Shown here one piece after another: positions 55,784-64,000 of a stretch of 64,000 bases of DNA. Origin of the DNA: a virus; the IMG/VR virus record IMGVR_UViG_3300044825_001871, positions 92,236 to 156,235 of that record; one strand, 5' to 3'. Under the pieces are notes generated by a model that saw only the letters and a program-made list of their open reading frames with translations, did not search any database and was not told the DNA's origin. Made by a program: the position numbers and the translations under genes. The stretch's first letter is position 1. Every line of letters starts with the position of its first letter.

Positions 55784-56311
55784 ATGCGTAAAGAACAGTA
55801 TCAAGTTCCTCAAGTACAATTTGTATTTCGTGAAAAAGGTGAATTTGTAACTCGTACAACTGCAGATCTGTTCGATGGAAAGCGTGTGGTCGTATTTAGT
55901 TTGCCTGGTGCTTTCACTCCTACTTGCAGTGCCTATCAGTTACCTGGATTCGAAGAGAAATACGACGACTTTATTAGTCTTGGCATCGACGATATTTACT
56001 GCATCTCTGTTAATGATGGGTTTGTGATGAATGCCTGGGCACAAGACCAGAACATTGAAAAAGTAAAACTCATTCCAGACGGCAATGCTTACTTCACACG
56101 TTCTATGGGAATGCTTGTCAATAAGTCTAACCTTGGTTTCGGTGATCGCTCTTGGCGTTATGCTGCAATCGTGGATAATGGAATCATCGAGAAACTTTTC
56201 ATTGAGGCAGGTCAGCGCGACAATGCCGACACAGATCCTTATGAAGTATCGACACCTGAAAATGTCTATACTTATGTCAAATCTACAATTCTTGAAGAAG
56301 AATTTGTTTGA
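55784..56311 (+). CDS. Peroxiredoxin (Prx5/type II)
   Basis: FSLPGAFTPTCS, ISVNDGFVM, RSWRY; RBS GGAGG before ATG 55784. Confidence 0.9.
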   Translation: MRKEQYQVPQVQFVFREKGEFVTRTTADLFDGKRVVVFSLPGAFTPTCSAYQLPGFEEKYDDFISLGIDDIYCISVNDGFVMNAWAQDQNIEKVKLIPDGNAYFTRSMGMLVNKSNLGFGDRSWRYAAIVDNGIIEKLFIEAGQRDNADTDPYEVSTPENVYTYVKSTILEEEFV

Positions 56312-56334
56312 TATTTAAATTTAAATAAACAAAG

Positions 56335-56366
56335 AAGCGTCCAAAAGGACGCTTTTTTTATAAATA
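56335..56366 (+). terminator. Terminator abutting late promoter TATAAATA (56359-56366)
   Basis: AAGCGTCC-aaaa-GGACGCTT followed by a T-tract. Confidence 0.75.
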
Positions 56367-56390
56367 TCTTCAGTGTTTAAGTAATATTCA

Positions 56391-57062
56391 ATGACTCTAG
56401 ATCTTCATAACTTTTTCAAATTTTATGATGATAGTAATGTGAATCATGTAGCAGCAGTTCAATGGTTAGAAGATAATCTACCTGCCGAATTTATGGATGA
56501 CTCAGAGACTGAGTGGGTTGGTATTTTTAGAACAAAACCACCAACTCCAGAAGTTCTTGCAGTTCCTTATTTCAACCAAGTAGACAATTACAGAGATGCA
56601 CATAGAACTTGCAACTCTTCATCGTGTGCTATGTGCCTTGCTTTCCTCAAGCCAGGAAGCATCAAAGGTGATGATGAATACGTTAAAAAAGTATTCGCAA
56701 TTGGTGATACGACTGATCACTCCGTACAGACAAAAGTTCTTGCTGGTTATGGAGTTAAGTCTCATTTTAGTTACAATCTTTCTTTTGCTGATATTGATAA
56801 AAGCCTTGATGCTGGGAAACCTGTCGTTATTGGTATTCTCCACCGCGGCTCTTTATCTAATCCTACTGGTGGCCACATGTGTGTAGTTATCGGCAAAACT
56901 CCAGATGGAAAGGGATATTTTGTTAACGATCCATATGGATCTTTAAATGATAATTATACTGGTCCTGTGACTAACGGTAAGAAAACTATTTACACTAAAG
57001 CAGTTCTTAAGCACCGTTGGTGTCCAGGAGGCAATGATGGGTGGGGAAGAATCTTCGATTAA
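56391..57062 (+). CDS. Peptidase C39-like protein with shared N-terminal domain
   Basis: VPYFNQ, TCNSSSCAM (Cys), GGHM (His), NDPYG (Asp). Confidence 0.8.
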   Translation: MTLDLHNFFKFYDDSNVNHVAAVQWLEDNLPAEFMDDSETEWVGIFRTKPPTPEVLAVPYFNQVDNYRDAHRTCNSSSCAMCLAFLKPGSIKGDDEYVKKVFAIGDTTDHSVQTKVLAGYGVKSHFSYNLSFADIDKSLDAGKPVVIGILHRGSLSNPTGGHMCVVIGKTPDGKGYFVNDPYGSLNDNYTGPVTNGKKTIYTKAVLKHRWCPGGNDGWGRIFD

Positions 57063-57160
57063 TTTTAAAAGAAAGATGCTTAAAGTAATTAAGGATCTTA
57101 CAAATAACGGAAAACATAAAGAAGCAAACGAACTTTATCAAAAGTATTTCGGAGGAAAAC

Positions 57161-57853
57161 ATGGCAAGAATTGACTTACATAACTTTTTTAAATTTTATG
57201 ATGAAAAAAATCCTAATCACGTTAAAGCAGTTCAGTGGTTAGAAGATCATTTACCAAATAAGTTTCTTGAAGATAATGTAGACTGGGCTGAAATCTATCG
57301 TGGAAAAAAGTCTAGTGCTGCAGTAGCATCTACATCAACTTCTCCTGCTCCTGCAGCATCTTCTTCACCTGCTCCAGTGGGTGGTGATGATGTGCCAATG
57401 ATGGGAATTAAGTTAATTAAAGAATTTGAAGGATGTCATTTAAATGCATATCCCGACCCTCTTACAGGCGGACTTCCAATTACAATTGGTTGGGGTTCTA
57501 CAAGAGATAAAAATGGACAACCATTCCAAATGGGTGATTCAATCACTCAAGCGGAAGCAGATGAATTGTTAATTACTCAGTGTAAGAACCAGTTCCTCCC
57601 TGCTCTAAGAAAAATTCCACATTGGGGTGAAATGTCAGATGGAAAAAGAGGCGCTCTGCTCAGCTTTGCTTATAATCTTGGTGCCGGTTTTTACGGCGGT
57701 GATAACTTTAATACTATTACTAAACGCCTGAAAAATAAAGAGTGGGATTTAGTTCCCGATGCTCTTTATCTCTATCGCAATCCTGGGTCTAACGTAGAAG
57801 CAGGTTTAGCACGTAGAAGAAAGGCAGAAGGTGAAGCTTGGAAAAAAGGTTAA
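57161..57853 (+). CDS. GH24 lysozyme (endolysin) with shared N-terminal domain
   Basis: LIKEFEG...AYPD...TIGWGST; ALLSFAYNLG; GLARRRKAE. Confidence 0.88.
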   Translation: MARIDLHNFFKFYDEKNPNHVKAVQWLEDHLPNKFLEDNVDWAEIYRGKKSSAAVASTSTSPAPAASSSPAPVGGDDVPMMGIKLIKEFEGCHLNAYPDPLTGGLPITIGWGSTRDKNGQPFQMGDSITQAEADELLITQCKNQFLPALRKIPHWGEMSDGKRGALLSFAYNLGAGFYGGDNFNTITKRLKNKEWDLVPDALYLYRNPGSNVEAGLARRRKAEGEAWKKG

Positions 57854-57871
57854 CCTTACAAACTCACTAAA

Positions 57872-58297
57872 ATGGACCCTCAAAAGAAAAAAGAAGCTTG
57901 TATGAGTCAAATTATTCGTATTGCGATTTTGGGTTGGTCTGCCGCACTTCTTACGGCAAGTTATGCTGGTGCTCTTGCTAAGATGGACCCAACATTTATA
58001 GCAACGGTGTTTACTGCATCTGCTGCTACTTTTGGAATTAATACTATGAAGAAAGGTGGAGATGATGATGATGAAAAAAAGACTGAAGCAAAAAGAGAGG
58101 AGTTTGTAGAAACACCTCCAACACCTTCTACAGAGGCAGTAGTAGAACCAGTAGTAGAGGCAGTAGTTGAAGAAATAACTGTCGAACAACCATTGGTCCA
58201 AACTGGTTATAAAGAAGAAACTTCTCTTGAAGAAAGAGTTGAAGCTTTAGAAGCAAAAGTTGATGAAGAAAAACCCTATTCAAGAGGAGATCTCTAA
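57872..58297 (+). CDS. Two-TM membrane protein with acidic tail (holin candidate)
   Basis: Two hydrophobic helices; directly after the endolysin. Confidence 0.5.
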   Translation: MDPQKKKEACMSQIIRIAILGWSAALLTASYAGALAKMDPTFIATVFTASAATFGINTMKKGGDDDDEKKTEAKREEFVETPPTPSTEAVVEPVVEAVVEEITVEQPLVQTGYKEETSLEERVEALEAKVDEEKPYSRGDL

Positions 58298-58419
58298 TGG
58301 CAAAGTCTGCTAACAAAGGTAAAAAAGGTTCTGGTGGTGCTGGGTCTGCTAATAATAAGAAGCAGAACTCTGGTAATGCCAATGCCAAAAAGGCAAAGAA
58401 TGGTGGTAAGAAAAAGTGA
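58297..58419 (+). CDS. Small Lys/Gly/Asn-rich basic peptide (40 aa)
   Basis: TAATG coupling, RBS GAGGAG; MAKSANKGKKGSGG...GGKKK. Confidence 0.6.
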   Translation: MAKSANKGKKGSGGAGSANNKKQNSGNANAKKAKNGGKKK

Positions 58420-58522
58420 TGGGATTCATCGCTTTTATGATTGTTGGATACACTGAGATTTCTCCAGGTGAATGCCAACTTGAATATTTTCGTTATAATG
58501 AAATACACTCACTAGTTGTACC

Positions 58523-58723
58523 ATGCCAAGAGAATGGAATACTCCAAAGAGGGAGTGTTGGAATGCTCCAATCCATAAAATACTCCAAGCCATAGACAAT
58601 CACACCCGTCTTTTTATGGAGACGGGTGATTTTTGGCATGAAGAACAGGCCCAGATCTTGAGAAAATATGTAAAAGATTTGAAAGTCTGGATTCATAAAC
58701 AAGAAGGATGGTGGGATGAATGA
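58523..58723 (+). CDS. Hypothetical protein
   Basis: WNAPIHKILQAIDNH...LRKYVKDLKVWIH. Confidence 0.6.
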   Translation: MPREWNTPKRECWNAPIHKILQAIDNHTRLFMETGDFWHEEQAQILRKYVKDLKVWIHKQEGWWDE

Positions 58724-59466
58724 AAAAATTTCTCACAACAATCGGTTTATCTTTAACTTTAACACTTCCTGCAATAGCAAATTCACTTGAACCAAAACAA
58801 CCTACAGTAAGACCTTACAGTGCAGAGGCAATGGGTTGTATGATACTTTTAGAATGTACAGAAGGTCTTGAAAAGTTATCTGCAGAATCTGAATTTTTAA
58901 AAGATCAGGATTTTGATCCTTTCAGAGAAGAAATAGTTAGGATTGTAACTGCTCTGGATAAACTTGAAGTTCCTGTTTATGTCGCACCAGAAAGATATTT
59001 CACTCCAAGAACAGTTGGTCTTTATAAACCAAATTATAATCGGTTCTTTATTAATGAAACTCTATTGAAAGATGAAAGAGAATTTCTTGGAACCTTAAGA
59101 CATGAAGGTTGGCATGTTGTTCAAGATGCTATGGGTGGTGGACTAAAAACTTCTTTTATGGCACAGGTTCATCAAGATAGTGAAATACCTGCCTGGGTAA
59201 TGAAAAATACACGATTAACTTATGAATCTATGATGCAGAGTCGTGCTATTCCTTGGGAAGCAGATGCCAACTGGGCAGAAGAGCAACTCAATCAAACTGC
59301 TAGGTATCTTGAAATGGCAGCACAAGGTCCATTGTGGGAACAGGTAACTCCAACTCCACTCACAAAAGAATGGTTGATTGGATGTGGATGGATGAAACCC
59401 CAAGATGGTTTGTATCCTTATTATCCAAATAAGAAAGTCCAGTATTGTACAGAAGGTAAGTATTGA
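58720..59466 (+). CDS. Secreted HExxH metallopeptidase-like protein
   Basis: Signal peptide; TLRHEGWHVVQD; downstream WEADA. Confidence 0.65.
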   Translation: MKKFLTTIGLSLTLTLPAIANSLEPKQPTVRPYSAEAMGCMILLECTEGLEKLSAESEFLKDQDFDPFREEIVRIVTALDKLEVPVYVAPERYFTPRTVGLYKPNYNRFFINETLLKDEREFLGTLRHEGWHVVQDAMGGGLKTSFMAQVHQDSEIPAWVMKNTRLTYESMMQSRAIPWEADANWAEEQLNQTARYLEMAAQGPLWEQVTPTPLTKEWLIGCGWMKPQDGLYPYYPNKKVQYCTEGKY

Positions 59467-59618
59467 TGGATCAGTTCCCTTGGGGTGTTGTTATAATATT
59501 ATCCTGCGGACTTGCTTTCACCGCATACATCATTTACTACATATTAAAGTTAGCACACGAGGAGATGCAAAATGAAGAATCTAGCAATCATTCTGTCAGC
59601 GACGAGTCTGGCAATTAG
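59466..59618 (+). CDS. Small membrane protein (50 aa)
   Basis: TGATG coupling; FPWGVVIILSCGLAFTAYIIYYIL. Confidence 0.5.
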   Translation: MDQFPWGVVIILSCGLAFTAYIIYYILKLAHEEMQNEESSNHSVSDESGN

Positions 59619-59784
59619 CGGAGCACTTTGTTATGGTGCTTATGTAACTTATAAAAAAGCAGAAGCAATTCTTAATAATCCAGAAGAATTTGTTGGTGCT
59701 GTTGTAGAGAAACAAGTCTCTAAAGCATTTGAAAAACTACCTATTCCTAAACTAAATACTCAGAAGTTCGGATTACCTTTCTAA
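59572..59784 (+). CDS. Small membrane-anchored protein
   Basis: N-terminal hydrophobic helix; RBS GAGGAG. Confidence 0.6.
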   Translation: MKNLAIILSATSLAISGALCYGAYVTYKKAEAILNNPEEFVGAVVEKQVSKAFEKLPIPKLNTQKFGLPF

Positions 59785-60215
59785 TGGCAGATAAAGATCC
59801 TTATGTTTATAGAATCAAATCAGTAAGTAGAGTAGTTGATGGTGACACAATCGATGCTGATATTGACCTTGGTTTCGATATTTCTCTTACTAAGCGAATA
59901 CGTCTTGCTGGCGTTGATACTCCAGAAAGTCGCACAACTGACAAAGCAGAAAAAGCACTTGGATTAGATGCAAAGAATTGGTTGAAGCATCGTTTGGAAG
60001 AGGTAAAAGACATCATTATTCGCACAGAACTTCCAGATTCTACTGAAAAGTATGGTAGAATCATTGGACATCTTTATATTAATGGTGAAGAAGTATCTTT
60101 GAATAATCAAATGATTACTGAAGGATACGCTCTTGCTTATGACGGCGGAACAAAAGATAAAGACTGGAAACCTCTTCGTGAAATCAGAAGAAGAAATGGA
60201 ACTCTTGTAGAATGA
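59784..60215 (+). CDS. Staphylococcal nuclease (thermonuclease)-like protein
   Basis: RVVDGDT, IRLAGVDTPE, KYGR, LNNQMITEGYA. Confidence 0.88.
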   Translation: MADKDPYVYRIKSVSRVVDGDTIDADIDLGFDISLTKRIRLAGVDTPESRTTDKAEKALGLDAKNWLKHRLEEVKDIIIRTELPDSTEKYGRIIGHLYINGEEVSLNNQMITEGYALAYDGGTKDKDWKPLREIRRRNGTLVE

Positions 60216-60451
60216 AACTTCTCATCTTAGACGTATTAATAGTTCTAAGACTATTAACTAATGATGGGATAATGCTTGAGAATAGAAGACCTATACCTAA
60301 ACGTCAACCGCCAGAGGTTATACGTTTTGTTAGGAGACCCGCACGAAGAGGGCGTAAAAAATCTTTACAATTTGATACTAATTTGTTAAATAGTAAGGAT
60401 TTGTTTAAGTTGTTACAAAATGACAACGGCACCAACAAAAGAAAAGCGTAA
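60212..60451 (+). CDS. Hypothetical basic protein
   Basis: ATGA overlap with the nuclease gene. Confidence 0.4.
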   Translation: MKLLILDVLIVLRLLTNDGIMLENRRPIPKRQPPEVIRFVRRPARRGRKKSLQFDTNLLNSKDLFKLLQNDNGTNKRKA

Positions 60452-60554
60452 AGAAGAAAAGGATAATATTTTTCTAGAAATTCTTTATAATGTTTTAGTT
60501 CAATTGCCAGCAGTGATTGTTGTGTGGATTATTTCTAAATTTACTTCAGATTGA
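60420..60554 (+). CDS. Small membrane protein (44 aa)
   Basis: MTTAPTKEKRKEEKDNIFLEILYNVLVQLPAVIVVWII. Confidence 0.5.
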   Translation: MTTAPTKEKRKEEKDNIFLEILYNVLVQLPAVIVVWIISKFTSD

Positions 60555-61403
60555 AAACTTAGCAGATAATTTTTTAGCAATCTTTTTAGCGGGGGCAAAG
60601 AGAGACTTAAATCTTTCTTTGCCTTCTTTTGTGAATTTATCTTTGATAATATCATCAATAATAATTTTATTATCAATCTCATAGAGAGCATTGATTTCGA
60701 CTTGATCGCGGATATATTGTTCTACATTAGTTACTTGTTCTATTAGACGAGTTCCTTCGGAAGAGTATTCGAAGATATCAATGTGCCCACCTTCTGCTAG
60801 GACGTAATGCAAAACTGGTTTGACTTGTTTGATTTTAATCTTAAACTTATTCTTTGTTGCTTCTTTGATGATTGGTTCCGCTGCATTTTTAACTACATTC
60901 AAAACTGTTGTAGATACCATTGTTGCCGCAGTAGTTACTACTGCGACAGCACCAGCCGTAGCAACAAGAGAAGGATCAGGTAAATTAATATCGATTCCAC
61001 TGATAGTAAAGGTTGGTGTAGTTGGTTTATCTGCAGGTATTTCTGCTATTGGAGTTTGTGGTTGTTGAGTTAATTGTTGAACAGCAGGTGGAAGTTCTGG
61101 TGGTTTAGTATCTGGTAATCCTCTTTCTTTTGGTTTTTCTTCCTGCTGTTGTTTTTCACGATCTGCTTTTACAGCAGCATCAAATTCTTCTTGTGTTGGT
61201 ACATTAATTACAGGATAAGGAATTTTTGGACTTGGCATTTCAAACACTGGTAATGCCAATCCTTTAGTCACTGGAGCATCTATACTTTGTGATATTGGTG
61301 GTTCTATTTTTGGAATAATACTTGGACCACTAATACCAATTTTTGGTATTTCGGACTTTATTGTGGTTATATTAGTACTACTTAGTTGTTGTATTGGTTC
61401 CAT
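60546..61403 (-). CDS. Pro-rich membrane-anchored hypothetical protein
   Basis: 285 aa; Pro/Gln-rich N-terminal region; central TM (VATAGAVAVVTTAAT). Confidence 0.7.
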   Translation of the reverse strand: MEPIQQLSSTNITTIKSEIPKIGISGPSIIPKIEPPISQSIDAPVTKGLALPVFEMPSPKIPYPVINVPTQEEFDAAVKADREKQQQEEKPKERGLPDTKPPELPPAVQQLTQQPQTPIAEIPADKPTTPTFTISGIDINLPDPSLVATAGAVAVVTTAATMVSTTVLNVVKNAAEPIIKEATKNKFKIKIKQVKPVLHYVLAEGGHIDIFEYSSEGTRLIEQVTNVEQYIRDQVEINALYEIDNKIIIDDIIKDKFTKEGKERFKSLFAPAKKIAKKLSAKFSI

Positions 61404-61947
61404 TTGGATACCTCACAACTACGTCAGCACAGATTTTGTAGTATGGACTATCGGGATGAAATGTAATTCCTGTCTTAATCGCCTCACCGCATTTTAATAA
61501 TCTAACTAATTCAAAATCTAATCTTGCTTTATCAGTTTCTGCTTGCTGTCTGGCAATTTCAGTTGCTGCTCTTTTTCTGCACAAGTCCATTAGATTCACA
61601 TCCAATGGAATATTCAAACCAGCAGAAATTCCCCAGTTACCATTTCTTGAAGCAAAACTTTCTGGATCATCACTATTATTGCCACTATGCATTAAAAACG
61701 GGGAGATACTGAATGTTGCTCCTTGACAACTAACTCCACCACCATAAGTATTTAAAGCATAAGGACCTTGTAATACCTGAACCGCCTGGTTTGTTACGTT
61801 ACCAGTAGCAGATGCAGAAGGACCAGCAATATTAGTATTAGAAGGAGCGGGAGTGCTTTGTGCAAATGCAGTCCCTGTTGAAATTATTGCGTAAAGACAG
61901 AAATTGATGTAGTGGTTGATTGAGTTTCTGTGGTGCGATCTATCCAT
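61378..61947 (-). CDS. Exported hypothetical protein
   Basis: Signal-like ...TAFA; SATGNVTNQAVQ, YGGGVSCQG, RLDFELVRLLKC. Confidence 0.7.
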   Translation of the reverse strand: MDRSHHRNSINHYINFCLYAIISTGTAFAQSTPAPSNTNIAGPSASATGNVTNQAVQVLQGPYALNTYGGGVSCQGATFSISPFLMHSGNNSDDPESFASRNGNWGISAGLNIPLDVNLMDLCRKRAATEIARQQAETDKARLDFELVRLLKCGEAIKTGITFHPDSPYYKICADVVVRYPNGTNTTTK

Positions 61948-62243
61948 GTCTCTTTTGCCACTCCAGGGCCAAGGTAGGTTTCTGAAAACTGGAATGGAGC
62001 ACCTTGAGTCATAATTGAATACCCAGCACCCCGCTGAGGTACACCAGGAATGTTAATGTTAGTTCCAGTTACAGTATACGATTCGCCAGTTGTATATTCA
62101 ACTTGACGAATTGTTTCTATTACTTTTGTAGTTGATTCTGTGGTTGCATTGATTGTACCCCTAGTAAAATTAGGCACAACACTTTCAGCTAGGGCAGGAC
62201 AAGAAAACCCTAGCAGGAGCAACCCTGCTAGGATATTTTTCAT
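61884..62243 (-). CDS. Exported Thr-rich hypothetical protein
   Basis: Signal peptide MKNILAGLLLLGFSCPALA; VVPNFTRG...FQFSETYLGPG. Confidence 0.75.
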   Translation of the reverse strand: MKNILAGLLLLGFSCPALAESVVPNFTRGTINATTESTTKVIETIRQVEYTTGESYTVTGTNINIPGVPQRGAGYSIMTQGAPFQFSETYLGPGVAKETWIDRTTETQSTTTSISVFTQ

Positions 62244-62731
62244 TTGAATACGCTCAGTTCAATACTACGTTGTCCTGTAGCAGTAGTACCAGCACCACCA
62301 GCAGTAACAGTAGGAACACCTGTGGCAGAGAGAGTTCCTGCGAGTGAACCTTTATCTCCACCTGGTTGAGTGATACTATCACCATAAAGATTTGGCGAAC
62401 CAACAACACCATTAGTAACAGTTTGAGAGGTTACTGGTACATCACCGATGGCAGCAGTTTCTGAAAATGTGAATGCTTGTCCATCAGTATTGATTTCATA
62501 AGTTCCGTCAGTGATAGATGCTGGGGTTGTTGCGGAACCAGAACCAACTCCACCGAGTGTAGTTACTTTAATATTCGTTCCTGATGCTGAGTATGAACTA
62601 CCAATTCTTGTAGATTGAATCGCAGCACCATCAACTTTTAATTGGACGGAATCAGTAATTCTTGATGTAATTTCAGCAGCATTAACTGGAATGGTAAAGA
62701 ATAACGAAAAGGCTAATAGAAGTCTTTTCAT
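62240..62731 (-). CDS. Exported Gly/Thr/Ser-rich hypothetical protein
   Basis: Signal peptide MKRLLLAFSLFFTIPVNA; minus-strand CTAAATA late promoter at 62758-62764. Confidence 0.75.
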   Translation of the reverse strand: MKRLLLAFSLFFTIPVNAAEITSRITDSVQLKVDGAAIQSTRIGSSYSASGTNIKVTTLGGVGSGSATTPASITDGTYEINTDGQAFTFSETAAIGDVPVTSQTVTNGVVGSPNLYGDSITQPGGDKGSLAGTLSATGVPTVTAGGAGTTATGQRSIELSVFK

Positions 62732-62778
62732 TTTCTTGTTGTGATAAACACTATTCTTATTTAGCAGGATAAAGGTGG

Positions 62779-62807
62779 TTGACACAGGCGGCAAACCGTA
62801 GTATGAT
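62779..62807 (+). promoter_or_regulatory. Sigma70 promoter for psbA
   Basis: TTGACA-N17-TATGAT. Confidence 0.75.
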
Positions 62808-62859
62808 AAATAGGTAAACAAATGTTACGGATTTCTCATAAATCTTAACATTGTTAAAC

Positions 62860-62960
62860 ACCCGTTAACCGAGACCTATGGGTGTATAAATTACGTCTCT
62901 CATATCTCAGTTAAGGGTACTGAGAAATAGTAACTCCACCATTTCCCTGATGGTCTTACT
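62860..62960 (+). ncRNA. PhotoRC-II-like structured psbA leader
   Basis: GAGAC/GTCTC, CTCAGT/ACTGAG and ACCAT/ATGGT stems directly upstream of cyanophage psbA; family name from memory. Confidence 0.65.
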
Positions 62961-62975
62961 ACTCTTTTAAAACAA

Positions 62976-63868
62976 ATGACTGCTTCAATCGCTTCACGCC
63001 GTTCTGGCGAAAACCTCTGGGAACAATTCTGCCAGTGGGTAACTTCAACCGATAACCGTCTTTATGTCGGTTGGTTCGGAGTTCTCATGATTCCTTGCTT
63101 ACTTGCTGCTACGACTTGTTTCATCATCGCATTCATCGGTGCTCCTCCTGTGGACATTGATGGTATCCGTGAACCTGTATCTGGTTCACTCATGTACGGA
63201 AACAACATCATCTCTGGTGCTGTAATTCCTTCGTCCAACGCAATTGGACTGCACTTTTATCCTATCTGGGAAGCTGCTTCTCTTGATGAGTGGCTCTATA
63301 ACGGTGGTCCATTCCAACTTGTTGTGTTCCACTTTCTGATTGGTATTTACGCCTATATGGGTCGTGAGTGGGAACTTTCTTATCGTCTTGGTATGCGTCC
63401 TTGGATCTGCGTTGCTTATAGCGCACCTGTTGCTGCTGCGAGTGCAGTGTTCCTGGTCTATCCTTTCGGTCAAGGTTCTTTCTCTGATGCGATGCCTCTG
63501 GGTATCTCTGGTACGTTCAACTACATGCTTGTCTTCCAAGCAGAACACAATATCCTGATGCACCCCTTCCACATGCTTGGAGTTGCTGGTGTGTTCGGTG
63601 GTTCACTTTTCAGTGCTATGCACGGTTCACTGGTGACTTCTTCACTGGTTCGTGAAACTACTGAGAACGAGTCACAGAACTATGGATACAAGTTCGGTCA
63701 AGAAGAAGAGACCTACAACATCTTGGCTGCCCACGGTTACTTCGGTCGCCTGATCTTCCAATACGCCACGTTCAACAACTCTCGTTCGCTACACTTCTTC
63801 CTTGCTGCTTGGCCTGTAGTTGGAATCTGGTTTGCTGCTCTTGGTGTTTCCACGATGGCTTTTAACCT
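62976..63868 (+). CDS. psbA: Photosystem II D1, exon 1 (interrupted in the Leu297 codon)
   Basis: [37 protein letters not shown]; similarity ends at MAFNL. Confidence 0.97.
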
Positions 63869-64000
63869 CAATCGTCGGGGTCCCGTCTTAGCAATTTGAC
63901 GGTAAACTTTGGGTGAATTGCTGGAAGCCCTCCATAAATGGGTAATCAGCAGCCAAGTCCAAGACGCTTCTTGGAAAGGTTCAGAGACTAGTCGGTTTTC
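63869..64000 (+). mobile_element. Group I intron in psbA (5' part; runs off the window)
   Basis: P element GAATTGCTGGAA (63915-63926), Q AATCAGCAGC (63944-63953), R GTTCAGAGACTA (63979-63990); P1 ACCU|C pairs with GGGGU and includes the U-G pair. Confidence 0.9.

Noticed and set aside
57034-57174. 46-aa ORF between the peptidase and lysozyme genes
   Set aside because: Overlaps both neighbours and has no recognisable motif; left unannotated
63869-63899. Apparent truncated psbA ending RRGPVLAI (pseudogene)
   Set aside because: This is read-through into a group I intron, not a truncation
1-64000. Genome-wide TAG recoding or an amber suppressor tRNA
   Set aside because: Core genes are intact under the standard code and no tRNA here has a CUA anticodon (the Leu tRNA has anticodon UAG, which reads CUA codons); only one suggestive TAG was found
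1-64000. CRISPR array, diversity-generating retroelement, integrase or transposase
   Set aside because: No regularly spaced repeats or reverse transcriptase seen; differences between the repeated modules are synonymous rather than adenine-specific

Overview
A 64-kb segment of a large, AT-rich T4-like cyanomyovirus genome, probably infecting a freshwater Synechococcus/Cyanobium-type host (inference from gene content). Almost everything is on the + strand. From left to right: (1) a VWA/CobT-like and CobS AAA+ pair; (2) the T4 core replication block (gp45, gp44, dam, gp62, regA, hsp20, gp43, uvsX, gp41, mazG), then late-promoter hypothetical or virion genes, gp61, nrdA and nrdB; (3) a tRNA/ncRNA region with 9 tRNAs, an HNH endonuclease, Dps and several structured non-tRNA RNAs; (4) sugar-nucleotide and glycosyltransferase genes in two blocks (32.4-35.4 kb and 38.0-52.3 kb), including nadE and a split HldE-type heptose module; (5) host-derived auxiliary genes (porin, pstS with Pho box, two hli, peroxiredoxin); (6) a probable lysis module; (7) the only minus-strand operon, four exported or membrane proteins; (8) psbA, interrupted by a group I intron that runs off the window end. 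The most unusual observations: a family of modular late genes with an identical 23-bp promoter/leader and shared peptide modules, one member keeping a synonymously conserved tail in frame behind an amber stop; three nuclease genes sharing a hairpin that encloses a late promoter; a CCA-ended non-cloverleaf RNA; a repeated-pseudoknot RNA with an ORF inside it; and a D1 protein with S264T and V249L in the QB pocket. All family assignments are from motif recognition, not database searches.
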